From positions 4,622,270 through 4,686,269 of the forward strand of contig MU054212.1 of the NCBI GenBank assembly GCA_013239625.1: 64,000 bases of DNA, given 5' to 3'. A model generated the notes under the pieces. The model did not search any database, was not told where the DNA came from, and saw only the letters and a list, made by a program, of their open reading frames with translations. Shown here piece by piece: positions 52,200 through 64,000 of this stretch (position 1 is its first letter; each line of letters opens with the position of its first letter). The position numbers were made by a program, and so were the translations under genes. Source of the DNA: Lama guanicoe (Eukaryota).

Positions 52200-53200
52200 C
52201 TCATACACGCACATCCATATACACGGAAATCCCTAGAAAATCAAGTAGAAACATAAAAGTGGAAATCAGGGGAGTCTTAGAATTATTTCAGAGGTGATGC
52301 TCTGCTTCTTTTGTAGTGTCTAACAGCTGCATGACTGTATTCTTAGTTGAACTGACCACAGAAAGGGTAGAGAGTAAAGCTTGTACCTTCTTAAAATAGT
52401 GAGAATTGAATTGCTATATAGAGCTGGAACCCTTAAAGGTTTGACAGTTCAGTGAATAAATGACCTGGGGCTGGGGAGGGGGAATTAAGCATGAGCAAAG
52501 ACATTGCAACTTTTCTTGTCTATCCTAGTGTTGACTTTGCATGAGAAAAATGTCTATCCTAAGAATTAATAAATAGAAACTTCAAACAGGTTTGTGGTAT
52601 GAAGTTTCACTACATTCATGGTCTAAAAAATCCAAAGCTGAAAAATAGCTTGACAGGTACCAAAATTTTTAGAAGCAAATTCCTTCTGGAGGAATATGTC
52701 CTCAAGTCAGGTCTTACGGACTTCACACAGATGAATCTCAAAAGAACATAAGCCTGAAATTCTTCACCAAGTCAATACAGGTTAAGTTTCATCAGAGACT
52801 CATAAAAGAATTAAAATATTAAGAAATTTTATTGTAGTAATTAGATACAATCTAAAAAGCAGATTAAAACCTTATTTAAGGTTAATACAAGACAGAAAAA
52901 ACATACAGACAAAAAGATAGAGATATTTTCTATTAAGAGATTGAAAGTTCAAATAGAATTTTCATAAATAATTAAAAACCAACAATGTTGTAGATGGGAC
53001 TGTTAGCAGATTAACCATTAGTAATCAGTGGATTAGTGAACTCAAAAAATAAAAGATAAATAGAATGCTCCAACAAAAGACAAAGAAATTGAAAACATGG
53101 AAGAAAGGTTAACAGATATGGAGGACAGAGTAAAACAGTATAAAATGGTCCAATTGGATCAGCAAACAAAAAAGGAATATATTTAAAGTAATAATAGGGA
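52200..53200 (+). mobile_element. Old L1M 5'/ORF1 remnant
   Basis: GAAAGGTTAACAGATATGGAGGACAGAGTAA (ERL.DMEDR of ORF1p); similar 5' L1M-like sequence lies at about 20060-20660. Confidence 0.55.
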
Positions 53201-53416
53201 GGGATTTACTATTTTGTTAATTAGTTGTTTTTTTTTTTTTGCTTGTAATTATTTGTCCCTCTTTTCCCATCTTGCTAACTTCCTTTGGTTTCTTTCTTTC
53301 TTTCTCTTTCTTTTCTTTTCTTTTTTTTTTTTGTATTGATATCCATTAATTCTGCTTTCTTGCTCTCTCTCTTTTTTTATGTTAACTTCTCTCTTGCATG
53401 CATGCACTCTCTCTCC

Positions 53417-53420
<4 letters not shown>

Positions 53421-53461
<41 letters not shown>
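53421..53461. repeat. Compound microsatellite (AC)13(AG)7
   Basis: Perfect AC run followed directly by an AG run. Confidence 0.97.
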
Positions 53462-53462
53462 C

Positions 53463-54520
53463 ATATGGAATTTTATTCAGCCATAAAAAGGAAATCTTGC
53501 CATTTGAGAAAACATGGATGGACCCTGAAGGCATTATGGTAGGTGAAGCAAGCCAGACAGAGAAAGACAAATACTGTACAAGTCTCTCTTAGTGGAAAGC
53601 CAGGTTGGATTGTGTCATTGTGGTGGTTTATGTCACTAAATCTGGGTGCATTCTCAAAGAAGACAGTTCCAATCCCTATAAAAATCCCAGTGGCATTTTC
53701 CACAGAAACAAAGAAAATTCTGAAATTCACATGGAACTCCAAAAGAACCATAATAGTAAAAACAATCTTGAAAAAGAGAAAAAAGCTGAAGGCATCACAC
53801 TTTCTGAGTAAAATATATATTATAAACTACCATAATTTTAACAGAACAATACCAGAATAAGCAGACATATAAACCAACGCAACAGAATGGAGAAACCCCA
53901 AAAAAAGTCATGCATAAAAGGTGAACTGATCCTCAACGAGGAGGCCAAGATTACACGAGGCAGAAAGGAAAGTCTCTTCAACAAATGTTGGGAATACTGG
54001 ATATCCAGTTTTTGGAGAAGAATGAAGTTGGAATCCTATCTTAAATTGCATACAAAAATTAACACAATAGCCAAGATGTGGAAACAACTTAAATATCTAT
54101 AAATCGATGAATGGATTTTTAAAATGTGGTATTTATGTACAATAGAATATGAATCCGTGTTTTAAAAGAAGGAAATTCTACCATATAGGACAACATGGGT
54201 AAACCTCAAGGCCATTAAACTGAGTGACATAAACCAGCCACAGAAGGACAGATACTGCCTGAGTCCATTTATATGAGAAATCTAAAACAGTCCAATTTAT
54301 AGAAAAGACTACAGACGTGATTATCAGGGATGGGGAGGGAGAAATGGAGACACGCTAGCCAACAGCTACAAAATTTCGGTTATGCAAGATGCTCTAGAGA
54401 TCTCCTGCAGCACCCTGTGCCTATACATCACAGGGCACAGTGCCATCCAAAACTTGTGGAGACGGTAGCTCTATGTTTGGTGTTTTTTTTTTTTTTTACT
54501 ACAGTAACAATTAAAGAAAA
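53463..54520 (+). mobile_element. L1 mosaic: 3' piece, ORF2 C-terminal piece and L1MA/MB-type 3' UTR
   Basis: ORFs 53543 (IPIKIPVAFSTE..ILKFTWN..ILKK) and 53887 (KESLFNKCWEYW..TKIN|TIAKMWKQ) are decayed L1 ORF2p. Confidence 0.9.
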
Positions 54521-54594
54521 TCTTGCTATGAACACTGATATACAGTTTCTACATGAAACTTAAGTCCTCAATTCAGAGGGCAGTTGCTGGAATT

Positions 54595-54985
54595 TTTAGT
54601 TTTGAAAAGGAACTAACAATTTTCCAGAATGGTTGTACCATTTTACATCCCACCAGTAATATATGAGTGATATCATTTCTCTGCATCTTCTCCAGCATTT
54701 GGTATTATCACTATTTTTCACTTTAGACTTCTGATAGTGGGTAGTGATATTTCATTGTAGTGTGTGTTTGCATTTCTCAAGTGGCTAAAAATGCTCACCA
54801 TCTATTTGTGATGCTTATTTGATGTCTATCATACTCAGTGTAATGTCTGTATATGTGTTTTGCCCACTTTCTAGCTGAGCAATTTGTCTTTCAAGGTTAA
54901 GTTTTGAGAGTTTAAAAAATATTATTCTGGATACTAGTCTTTTGTGGAACATGTCGTTTGCAAAATTCACCCAGTCTTTCTATCC
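54595..54985 (-). mobile_element. L1M fragment, antisense
   Basis: TTTTCCAGAATGGTTGTACCATTTTACATCCCACCAG, GTAGTGATATTTCATTGT, TTTGCCCACTTT. Confidence 0.85.
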
Positions 54986-57693
54986 TTTCTTTCATTCTGT
55001 TTCAATCAGTCTTCCTAAGACTGTGCTAGTTCAATGCCTGCCCCCCTGTGGTGCTCAAATGCGAACTGAATAAATGAATGAAAACAATGATGCTACATAT
55101 CATTTCAAGCATGTCAGGTGGTTCAGAAGGATCCTGATGACAACAGGACTGACTAGAACATGGGATTGGTTATATTCTGATTCCTGAATTATAGAAGGAT
55201 ATAAAAGGAGTGGAAAAAAAAACAGGGAAAGAACTTCGCTGCTTTAAAACAGTCTTATAATTAGCACTCAGTTCAGGAGGTTTTTCGTACTTCATTCACA
55301 CATTCAAAAAAATTCCCAAATAACACGATGTAAAGCATTTATTCATTTCTACACTCATTCACACTACAAATACCTACTGAGTATATATCCTGTGCCAGGC
55401 ACTGTGCTGGCTGAGGCTGGAGGCTACACAGATAAGGAAGACAAAATCGTTGCTTCAAAGAGTTCACTGATAAGGTTGGCGATGTAAGCAGGGGGAAATC
55501 AGCCCATTATTTTATATTATGATTGTGGTTTGAGTGAGCTACGCACTGATCCAAGCAGAGCGCTGCTAGTCTGCTCTTTCTATTAAGAACCACCATCACA
55601 ATAACAGCGCCAGTAGTAATAGCTAAATTTATTGAGCACGTCCTAAAAACAAAGTACTGTTCTAAGTATTCCACAGTTAATCCTAACAACACAGTATAAA
55701 GTGGGTGCTGTAAAGATTACTTCACAGGTGGGGATAGCAGCAAGAATCAAGACTGATTTTGATAGTTGTGGGGAGAGGGTGGGAGGGTTGGTACATCAAA
55801 CTATCTACCCATCTATCTATCATCAATCAGTTACTATTATCTGTTTATCTAAACTCTCATGGGATAGCTGCAAATGCATAAATGACCACATACTGAATTA
55901 TATGATTTGTTTAATATAGTATTTCAGAGTCTGTTTTATTCAAGAGAATGTAATTTTACAGCCTACTCTTTAGCTATTCCTCTAATGCCATCCTCATAAG
56001 ATCTTGAAATAAATGGTACCCCTGAGTCTCAGGACACACGGCCAGCATATTGCCCGGTTCCATTTCTAAAGGATGAACTTGGTATGTTCCCTGGGTAGAT
56101 AAGCAACTATTGAAAATCAAATGCTACATGTCAGACAAATTGCCTCTTTGTAGTGCTCTGCTGGATGAATTAATTGTCTTTTGTGCAGTTCTGCATGAAC
56201 TGTCAGTCCACTGTGGCATATTATTGGGGAGAGAGAGAATAATGGTTTCATAAATCTTTCAGGAAAAGTTCCTACTTGTTGCTTAACTCGATTGTCTTAA
56301 GAGTGAGTCTCATTTGTTCTGAATAGAGGGGAATATAATTAGAGTATTCTTAGATAGAAACAAATATTAATACTATCATCAAAATTATTACTTTTTTACA
56401 TTTCCTACAATGGTTTTTCTCTACAGTACCATTGTTCTCTCTCCTAAGAAATAAAAATTCTTCTGATATGTTGTTAATATTAACAGTTTTCTGAAATGTT
56501 TTCATCATTTCGTTTATTAACATAATAAAAGATAATTAGAAGTTGCCAGCCTATCTAATTCAAACAATGAAACACTTCCCTACGCCTGGGAAAAGTACGA
56601 AAGGTTTGGCTGCTTTTCCCAGTCACAATCATGGGCAGAGCCGAATAGTGGAAGGTGGATGAGATACGGAGTTAGACAAGGTTGATTTGGATCCCAGATC
56701 CACTAATTACAGTCTGTGTGATGTTAAGCCATTTTCAAACTTCTGTCAGAGACTTAGTTGAATGCTAAACTGAGGGTTAGGTGAGGTCATGCTTATGAAA
56801 TCAACAGGCACCTTCTTAGTTCCTTGTTACATGACAAAGCTATTTTTCTTCACTTTTAGCTGAGATTTGTTTTGGCAAAAAACAATAGTTTTTAAATTTT
56901 AATTTTTTTATTGTAAAAGAGTGCGTTTGTGATAGATAAAATACGAACAGTTCATATTGTTTCACGAGTAATATTGGACTCACATTATAAAAATTTTACA
57001 TTCTCTATACTGGAAATCAGTACAAATATCTTGAAGAAATAGTTGTTCAATTATTTAACAAATGAATGAATGAAGGTTAAAGCAATCTGGAAATTTAATC
57101 AATGAAAATATAGACTTGCCAAAATATATAATGTACTTTGTTTCCCACGTCATTAATCTTTGATGTTGTAAATATTGAATCTCAAAATATATGAAGAGGA
57201 CTTTTTTATTCTTACAGTTATTTGCATGTATTTGGAGATGAGGTGCTTCTGTGTAAATCATGGCTTATAAATCTGTCATGTATAATGAACGTTGGAGAGA
57301 GTCTGGCTTATTTCCAAATTAGGAAACTGAGGCTCAGAGTAATTAATCTCAGGTTACTAAATGGATAAAAGAGATCATGCGATTCCAGGTATGTACCACA
57401 GGATTTGAAATACGTTCTTTCAGCATGATACTTACTTCAATTAAAATCCTTAGGAATCCTACACACACACGCATATGCACACATAAACGTTAAGACACAT
57501 ACACAGAACTGCTCTGACGGGAGAGTGACAGGGAGCTTCACTTCCCATTGAAATTTCTTTTCCACTCTTACCCTCCTCCTTTCCTCTGCCCAGTGTTCCC
57601 TAAAAGATTCTAAGCAGCCCTAGATGATTCATGAAAAGGTTTGAAATTTATTAATTTTCTCTTCCGGTCATAAAATTGATCATTCAATTCTAT

Positions 57694-57990
57694 TTTTCTT
57701 CTAATTCCATTGATATAATTGACATGCAGTGCTGTATATGTTTGAGCTGTACAGCGTAATGACCTTCATGTATCATGAAAGGATTATCACAGTAAGTTTA
57801 GAAAAACCCCATTATCTCATATAGATACAAAATAAAAGAAAAAGAAAAAAAAAGTTTTTCTTTGTCATAACGACTATAACATATTGCAGTGTCAATTATA
57901 TTAATCATGTTGTACAGTAAATCTCTATTATTTATTTATCTTATAATTGGAAATTTGTACATTTAGATCACCTTCATCTATTGATTAGTT
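57694..57990 (-). mobile_element. L1 3' end
   Basis: GATATAATTGACAT..GTACAGCGTAATGA..CATGTTGTACA; candidate TSD ATTCAATTCTAT (57682-57693 / 57991-58002). Confidence 0.75.
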
Positions 57991-59739
57991 ATTCAATTCT
58001 ATAAAGATATGATAAAACGTTAGGATAATTTTAGATTTCAAAATAATATAAACAATAGAAGGCTACATAACACAATAAAATTACAACAACCCAAAATTCT
58101 ATAAATTGCCTTCCTGGTTACTTTCATTAGCAGTTATGATAAGATTTGATGAATGAGAGTTTCATCATAAATACAACTTCAGGATAAATTAAAAAATCAA
58201 ACTATACAGAGATGATATGACAATAATTTAAGCATAAAAGATTATTTCTTAGCTTATTAAAATGGATAGAATTTAACTCAGAAATAAAAATTTGTATCAA
58301 TTTTAAGGAATCTTAAAGAAAACAAGAACTACTATTTAACAGAATTTTATATTTTGTTACAGCTTGGCCAATGTTTATTTTAAAATAGCAGAACTCATCA
58401 TATGGACATATTTGTACAGTATGCTTACACTAACAAACTGACTAAAAAAAAATTAAAACTGTTGAAGTATTTCTTTGAGAAAATTTGTGAACCTCCATGA
58501 TTCATGTGAACATGGGTTCATTTTCCAGTCTTTTCCTGGCCTTATTATTCACAACTGAAAAACCAGTGCATCATAACTCACTTAACCACTGAGGATGGGA
58601 ATGGTGCCAATAAGATAATTTCTGGCCTTTATTTTTTTGTATTAGGCATAAAGTTAATAGTGTGTTTTTATGGAATAATCTTTAAACAATAGCTCAATTA
58701 AAACCGTGAGTTTGATAGATGTCCTATTAAATATATTTGTACTGTTTAAGAACACAAATGTTTGCATTCATCTAGGAAAGTTAATAGCAGCTTTTCAAAA
58801 TAATGTATCTAAATCTGAGCAGACAGGTGAGTTAGATCTTATGTATCAATTCTAATTAATTGATAGAAGGTGGAGCTCTGTTCTGAGAGGTTCTTAGAGG
58901 CCCAGGGTAAGGAAATAACATGGCTGCCTAGGGTAAATAATACAGAAATGCTGGCAGAAATGCAGTATAGCTGGTCTAACACAATTACTGATAATGAAAG
59001 ACATTTATGTGAGTGTTTGCATACTTATATATGTAGGAACAATGTTGTTTCTTATTATTATATTGTCCTCAAGGAGGCAAGTTTTTCTATGTTTAACATG
59101 TAGTTAAAATAGCAGTTATATTTGAGCTATGGCTAAGACCAAGCTCTTAAAACTCCATAACCTTTTCCAATCAAAATTCCTAATTTGAGATTCACAGCTT
59201 CTTTCCCGATAGGAGTAATTATTTCTTGTTTGTTGTGGGCTCCTCTGTGCACATAATAAGTAGGGGGGTTTGTAGTGTGTGTGTGTATGCATATGTGTGT
59301 GCATGCTTTGTTTAAATATGACACAACTATGTTTGCCTTAGTGCATTAGGAGTTCTGCCACGGCAGTGTAAAAAGATGTGTGGTTATACAAGCAATGAAG
59401 ATCTCCTAAGTACATTAGTTTCCTTTATTAATCCTTTAAGGAAAAGATACTGAATTTTTCCTAATCGATGCCAACCATTCAATTCAGATGCCCTATAGTA
59501 TCCCCATGGGTCTCACAGTTGATATTGTTTTAATAATCTTATGAGTTATTATAGAATTTTATTTCTTCATTTTTCCCATTTTTAGTAAAGTTAAACTTGT
59601 AGGAAATGTGCCCAAGGCTCCAGTAAAATTCATTTCTGCTCAACCAATTATATGTTTGCTTTAAGTATGTCTACTACATATGATCACCTGTAACCCTTAC
59701 AAGAGCTTTCTTCAATTTTCAGAGCAGTCTGTATTCACA

Positions 59740-59930
59740 TTCTTGCTCCACCAGCCTCAAATGATATATAATTTTGGGTAAACTATTTAAATTTGAATTA
59801 CCTCACCTATAAAACATGAATGATGACAGTAAATGTGCCCAACTCATAAACTATTATGAGGATTAAATCAGATGGCCAGCGTAATGTGGTAATCAGAGAA
59901 TCTGGCATATAGTAAGTGAAGATATATTTG
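59740..59930 (+). mobile_element. MIR remnant
   Basis: CCTCACCTATAAAA..TTATGAGGATTAAAT..TCTGGCATATAGTAAGTG. Confidence 0.7.
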
Positions 59931-62859
59931 CAATCATAAGGCCAAACTTTCTCCCTAACTCAAAGGGAAGACAATGAATTTTTTTCAATACGAAACTTTT
60001 GAGTTGTAATGGGGTACTATTGAGAACCGTAGCTAATGATTTTGATCCAGACCTCAATTTCACCATCATACTTATTTATCTCCCATGTTTTGTGGGGTGA
60101 ATTTTCCCTGTCATGTTTCAAAGTTATTATATTTCCCCAAATTATGCCACATAAGAACACAACAATAACACGCATCATTATTTACAAAATTATGTGTCAG
60201 AAAATACCGCCTGTAAGTGTGTAAGTTGCTTCACAGGCAGTTTCTGAAATACTCTGGTTTCAATGACAAAAAATTGTAAGCTAATGTAAATTGTTTCATT
60301 TGGTTTTAACAAATGATTTCCCAAACAATCCTTCATGTCATATTCAGAGCTGGGGTCCTCTGAGTTTTCAGCTCCCAGAAACCTTTGTGCAGTGATTTCC
60401 CAGTCTTATCTACTTATAAACACACCTTCAGTTTATCTTTTGACTAATCTGTCCTTCCAAAGGAAGACAATAAAGCATTCAGAGTGGCTTGCTATGGCCA
60501 TAAAGAAGTCCTAAATCCTTTAAACAAATGGTTGCCATCTCATTGTCTCATCTACTTACTGGTGCTAGGGCCTTCTGTCACTGACTGCTGTTGAACTTGC
60601 AGAGTCTCAGAGTCGCAGATAAGCTCTAAAGAGCGCAGATAGCTTTTATTTGTTACGGGCAATAAAACCAGCATCTCCACTGACTATCTGACGTGGAGGT
60701 ATCTGATGATGCAGATCCAGTCAAGCAGAACGCTATTTTGATTAAACAGCATCTGAAGGGCAAGGTACTGGCGGCATACGTAGTGTAAAAGATATACAGT
60801 CAAATCACATGGCAATGAGAGAAAATTAGAGAACCAGGAAGAAAGGCTAACACGGATCCTGCCTCGGGAAGCTGCAGTTGTAAACATGAACCTTCCCATC
60901 AAAATCCTCTGATAACGTTTGTTTAATACATTTTTAATGAAAACAAAAACTGCTTAGTTTTTCATATTTCTCAGGCCTTTCTCCTATGTATATGTCATAG
61001 TGTGTATGGTTACATATCCAATTTTTATAGGTCTAACATGTAAGTACACTGAATTTTCCCTCATAAAATGTTAAATTCTGTATTTAAGTTTTAGAGATAC
61101 ATTTATATATTTTTTGCTTCATACAGTTTAGTGAATATTATTTGTTAAAAATTTGCTGTTTTTTTCATTGATGATAGGTTCCATTTTGTCCTTGTAACCA
61201 TTTGCTAAGGGCTGGAAGGTGTCAGGAGTGTTGAAACACAGTTAAATCTTTTATTACAAGAGACCATTACAACATGTTCCAACATATCACCTGATAACCA
61301 ACTAGAGCAATTACCAACTTTCCACATCGGGCATTTCTTCCTCTCTCTCTCCCAAATGCTCTCGAATTAGTCTAGCCATGATGTGTAGTTGTTTAACGTA
61401 GTTGCTAATGTTTTAAAATTGTTTTTTTGTTTGTTTGTTTGTTTTTTGGGAGATATAACTGAAGACATGCCAAGCAGAATTAACAGCAGTTGCCTGAGAA
61501 CAAAACAGTCAAAGGCACTTATAAATATATTAAACATATGTCATATTTATGGTCATAATTTTTTTCAAAAAACCTGATTATTCTATAAGAAGATATAGAA
61601 AATATAATATAAAAGAAATGTGTAATTTATATATATTTAAATATATGTAAACAAATTAAGTATTATAAAGAGAATATAACAATGCAGTATTAACATACAA
61701 ATATTAATTCTTCCTAAACTTCTTTAAAAATATTGAATGTTTTCACTGTACATTGTCTAAAAGGACAACGTTAAATGGATCTTTGATTTCTTCCTGAATC
61801 TTTTTTACTAACTTCTAAGCAAGCAGAGGGAGGGTATTTTTATTTGCTTGAATTATTCAGATAATCACTTATATTCTCAGATTTACCCTATAAAATTTGA
61901 CACAGTCACCAAGTCCCTTTATTAGGCAGTTTTCCCTCAGTTTCTTCCCTACAACATCTCTGGCTTTCTTGACACCACTGTCTTACAGCAACACCTAGGA
62001 GGAGACAGTAGCAACAACATTTTCTGGAGGAGCTACTACTGTCAGCCCCCTGGCGTTGTCCCCTGTCCAGGCCTGCTTCCTGGCTCCACTGTAAACAATA
62101 CTGGCTGATGCCTTTAATTCTTATGTCCTTACCCTGATCCTGGGGACAACTTCCTTGTATTAACTCTATAAAGAATATTCCAAATAACCCACATCTGTTT
62201 CCCCTACTGCAGGTGCAAATTAGATCCAAAAGATCACTGAAATCTAATTTTAAGCATGAGTCCTAAATCCTTAGCTAGAAACTAGCTCACGTCTTTTATT
62301 CCTTTCCTGTCTACAGCTAAGCCACTCAGTATTTAAACAGAATAAGCTCTTTTTCTGTTCTTTCTTTCTTCTTCTTCTTTTAAATCTGATTTTCAAAATG
62401 AGCAAATTCTGTTTTAGTTCTTAGATGCTCAGCTCTTCAGTACCACCCCCACCGTTCCTTATACTCCGTTAGAGCTTAATCTCTCTGAAATCTCTAGATA
62501 TGTCATTTTTGGTAGTGTGCATTTCCTCAGACCTCCTTCAAGCTGACCCCCTTAGGAAAACAAATATTTTAATTAAGATGAAGTTTTTGTGGGAACATTA
62601 GTCTTCTCTTTTATGACACATTATCCTGGTTTTGTTCCTTCCCCTTTTTTCTCCTTCTTAAAATATCTGCATAAATATAGTTATATAAATTATGTATTTC
62701 ATAGGCTATATAAAAATACACTTATTGCATACAATGTACTTGCAACCATAATGCCTTTTTAAAATCTGTTTTCTTTGTAAATTGTTCTTAGAGTGAGGGG
62801 AAAAAAAAGCCAGAAATTGTTTTGAACTGGCATATTCCGCCCCATGAGTGTAACAACAG

Positions 62860-63295
62860 TAATCATCTCCTAGAATAGCATTTGGATCACCTGGGAGCTT
62901 GTCTAACTAGAGTTTGCAGCCTCTTATTCCACTGCATTCTTTATGGATTCTGTGCTTCAGAAATACTGAGCCGCTCACACGTATCACGCATTGTCATGCC
63001 TCCATAATTTTGTTCATGCATTTCTTTACTTGGGGACACCGTTTTCCTGGTAACTTACCTGCTATTTAAATCTCAATGCAGAATTCACTTTTATGAAGCA
63101 AGTGAAAATAATGGGCTTCCTTTGTATTGAATTCAGAACAGTTGGATTTTTACTCCCATTATGATACCCTCGAATTAGAGTTGGCTCTTTTCATGTGTGT
63201 CTCTACCACTCTGTTACAATTTCTCATCGGAGCTGATCAACAGGCCTAGAACTGGAATTTGCCGTTAGTAAATTATTTCATTCAATGAAAGAAAT
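62860..63295 (+). mobile_element. L2 3' remnant
   Basis: CATGCCTCCAT..TTTGTTCATGC body and an L2-like tail ending AATGAAAGAA. Confidence 0.5.
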
Positions 63296-63374
63296 GTTCC
63301 GATTGAAAATAGAAATAAATTGGTAGGTAATATATTCTTTTCTTATTTGCAAAACTTTGAACATAAGAATTATC

Positions 63375-63720
63375 TAATTCATGAAAAATTATTATTTAGT
63401 GATTACTGGGACCAGTCATTGTAGAAGTTACTGTGAATAAGATGAATAAGAGAATTTCTATTTTTAAGAAACTCAGTCTAGTGTACAAGATAGAAAATAG
63501 AAAGATATTTATAATTCAATGTGAAAAGCATGAGAAATGTGCTCTGCACGTTACAGAAGAAACAATGTGGAGACAACTTTCCTACCAGGAATGAGTTAGG
63601 GAATGTTTCCTAGAAGAATGTTGATGGAATTTAGTTTTTAATGTTGACTCTGAATTAACGAGGAAAAGAAAAAAATAAAGGGCATTTCAGGCAGGGGGGA
63701 GAAAACCCAAGAAATAGCAA
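63375..63720 (-). mobile_element. L2 3' remnant, antisense
   Basis: AAGAAACTCAGTCTAGTG, ATAATTCAATGTGAAAAG, GGGCATTTCAGGCAGGGG. Confidence 0.6.
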
Positions 63721-64000
63721 AGTACTAAAAACAGCCCCTGTGGGACGGACAGATGTGTCCTCTCTTCATCCCCTCAGCTGAAGCGCTGGTTAGTTCCTCA
63801 TACCATTTAAGACTTCCACAATGAAAAGCCCATGCCTTTTACCCCTCTGCCTCATTGCCACTCACCAGACACCACCGTAGCAATGCAACTCCAGTCCCCT
63901 CCTCCACGACTCCTCACTGTCTATATCAATTTATTCCCCTCTAGACATGCAATACTAAAGTTCTAGAAATCGTTGCACAATATTAAGGTTCTGGAAGTTG

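Noticed and set aside
62860..63720. Tail-to-tail L2 pair as a miR-28/151-type hairpin source
   Set aside because: The arms are too diverged and too far apart for me to see a pairing stem
1..64000. ORFs in the supplied track as real genes
   Set aside because: All are under 140 aa, many use non-ATG starts or are low-complexity, and those with recognisable motifs are decayed L1, L2 or Tigger frames

Overview
Eukaryotic, AT-rich, CpG-depleted mammalian DNA, most likely camelid (camel/llama/alpaca), judged from three tRNA-Ala-derived SINE copies of the camelid Vic-1 type. It reads as a large intron or intergenic region. No intact protein-coding gene, rRNA, functional tRNA or CRISPR array is supported. 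The ORF track consists of chance ORFs or decayed transposon frames (L1 ORF2, L2 endonuclease, Tigger transposase). Much of the window is a fossil record of transposons: L2, MIR, CR1/L3, old L1M, MaLR/ERVL/ERV1 solo LTRs and hAT MITEs, plus younger SINE and L1 3' ends with readable target-site duplications (TSDs). The best leads are a triple-nested MIR>MER21>MER41-like LTR with a STAT GAS motif, three candidate small exons with good splice signals, an MLT1 LTR that appears to have been retroposed with a poly(A) tail, and several motif-dense unique segments that may be enhancers. I found no convincing new biological system. Repeat family names come from recalled consensus similarity, not a database search, and boundaries of old repeats are approximate.
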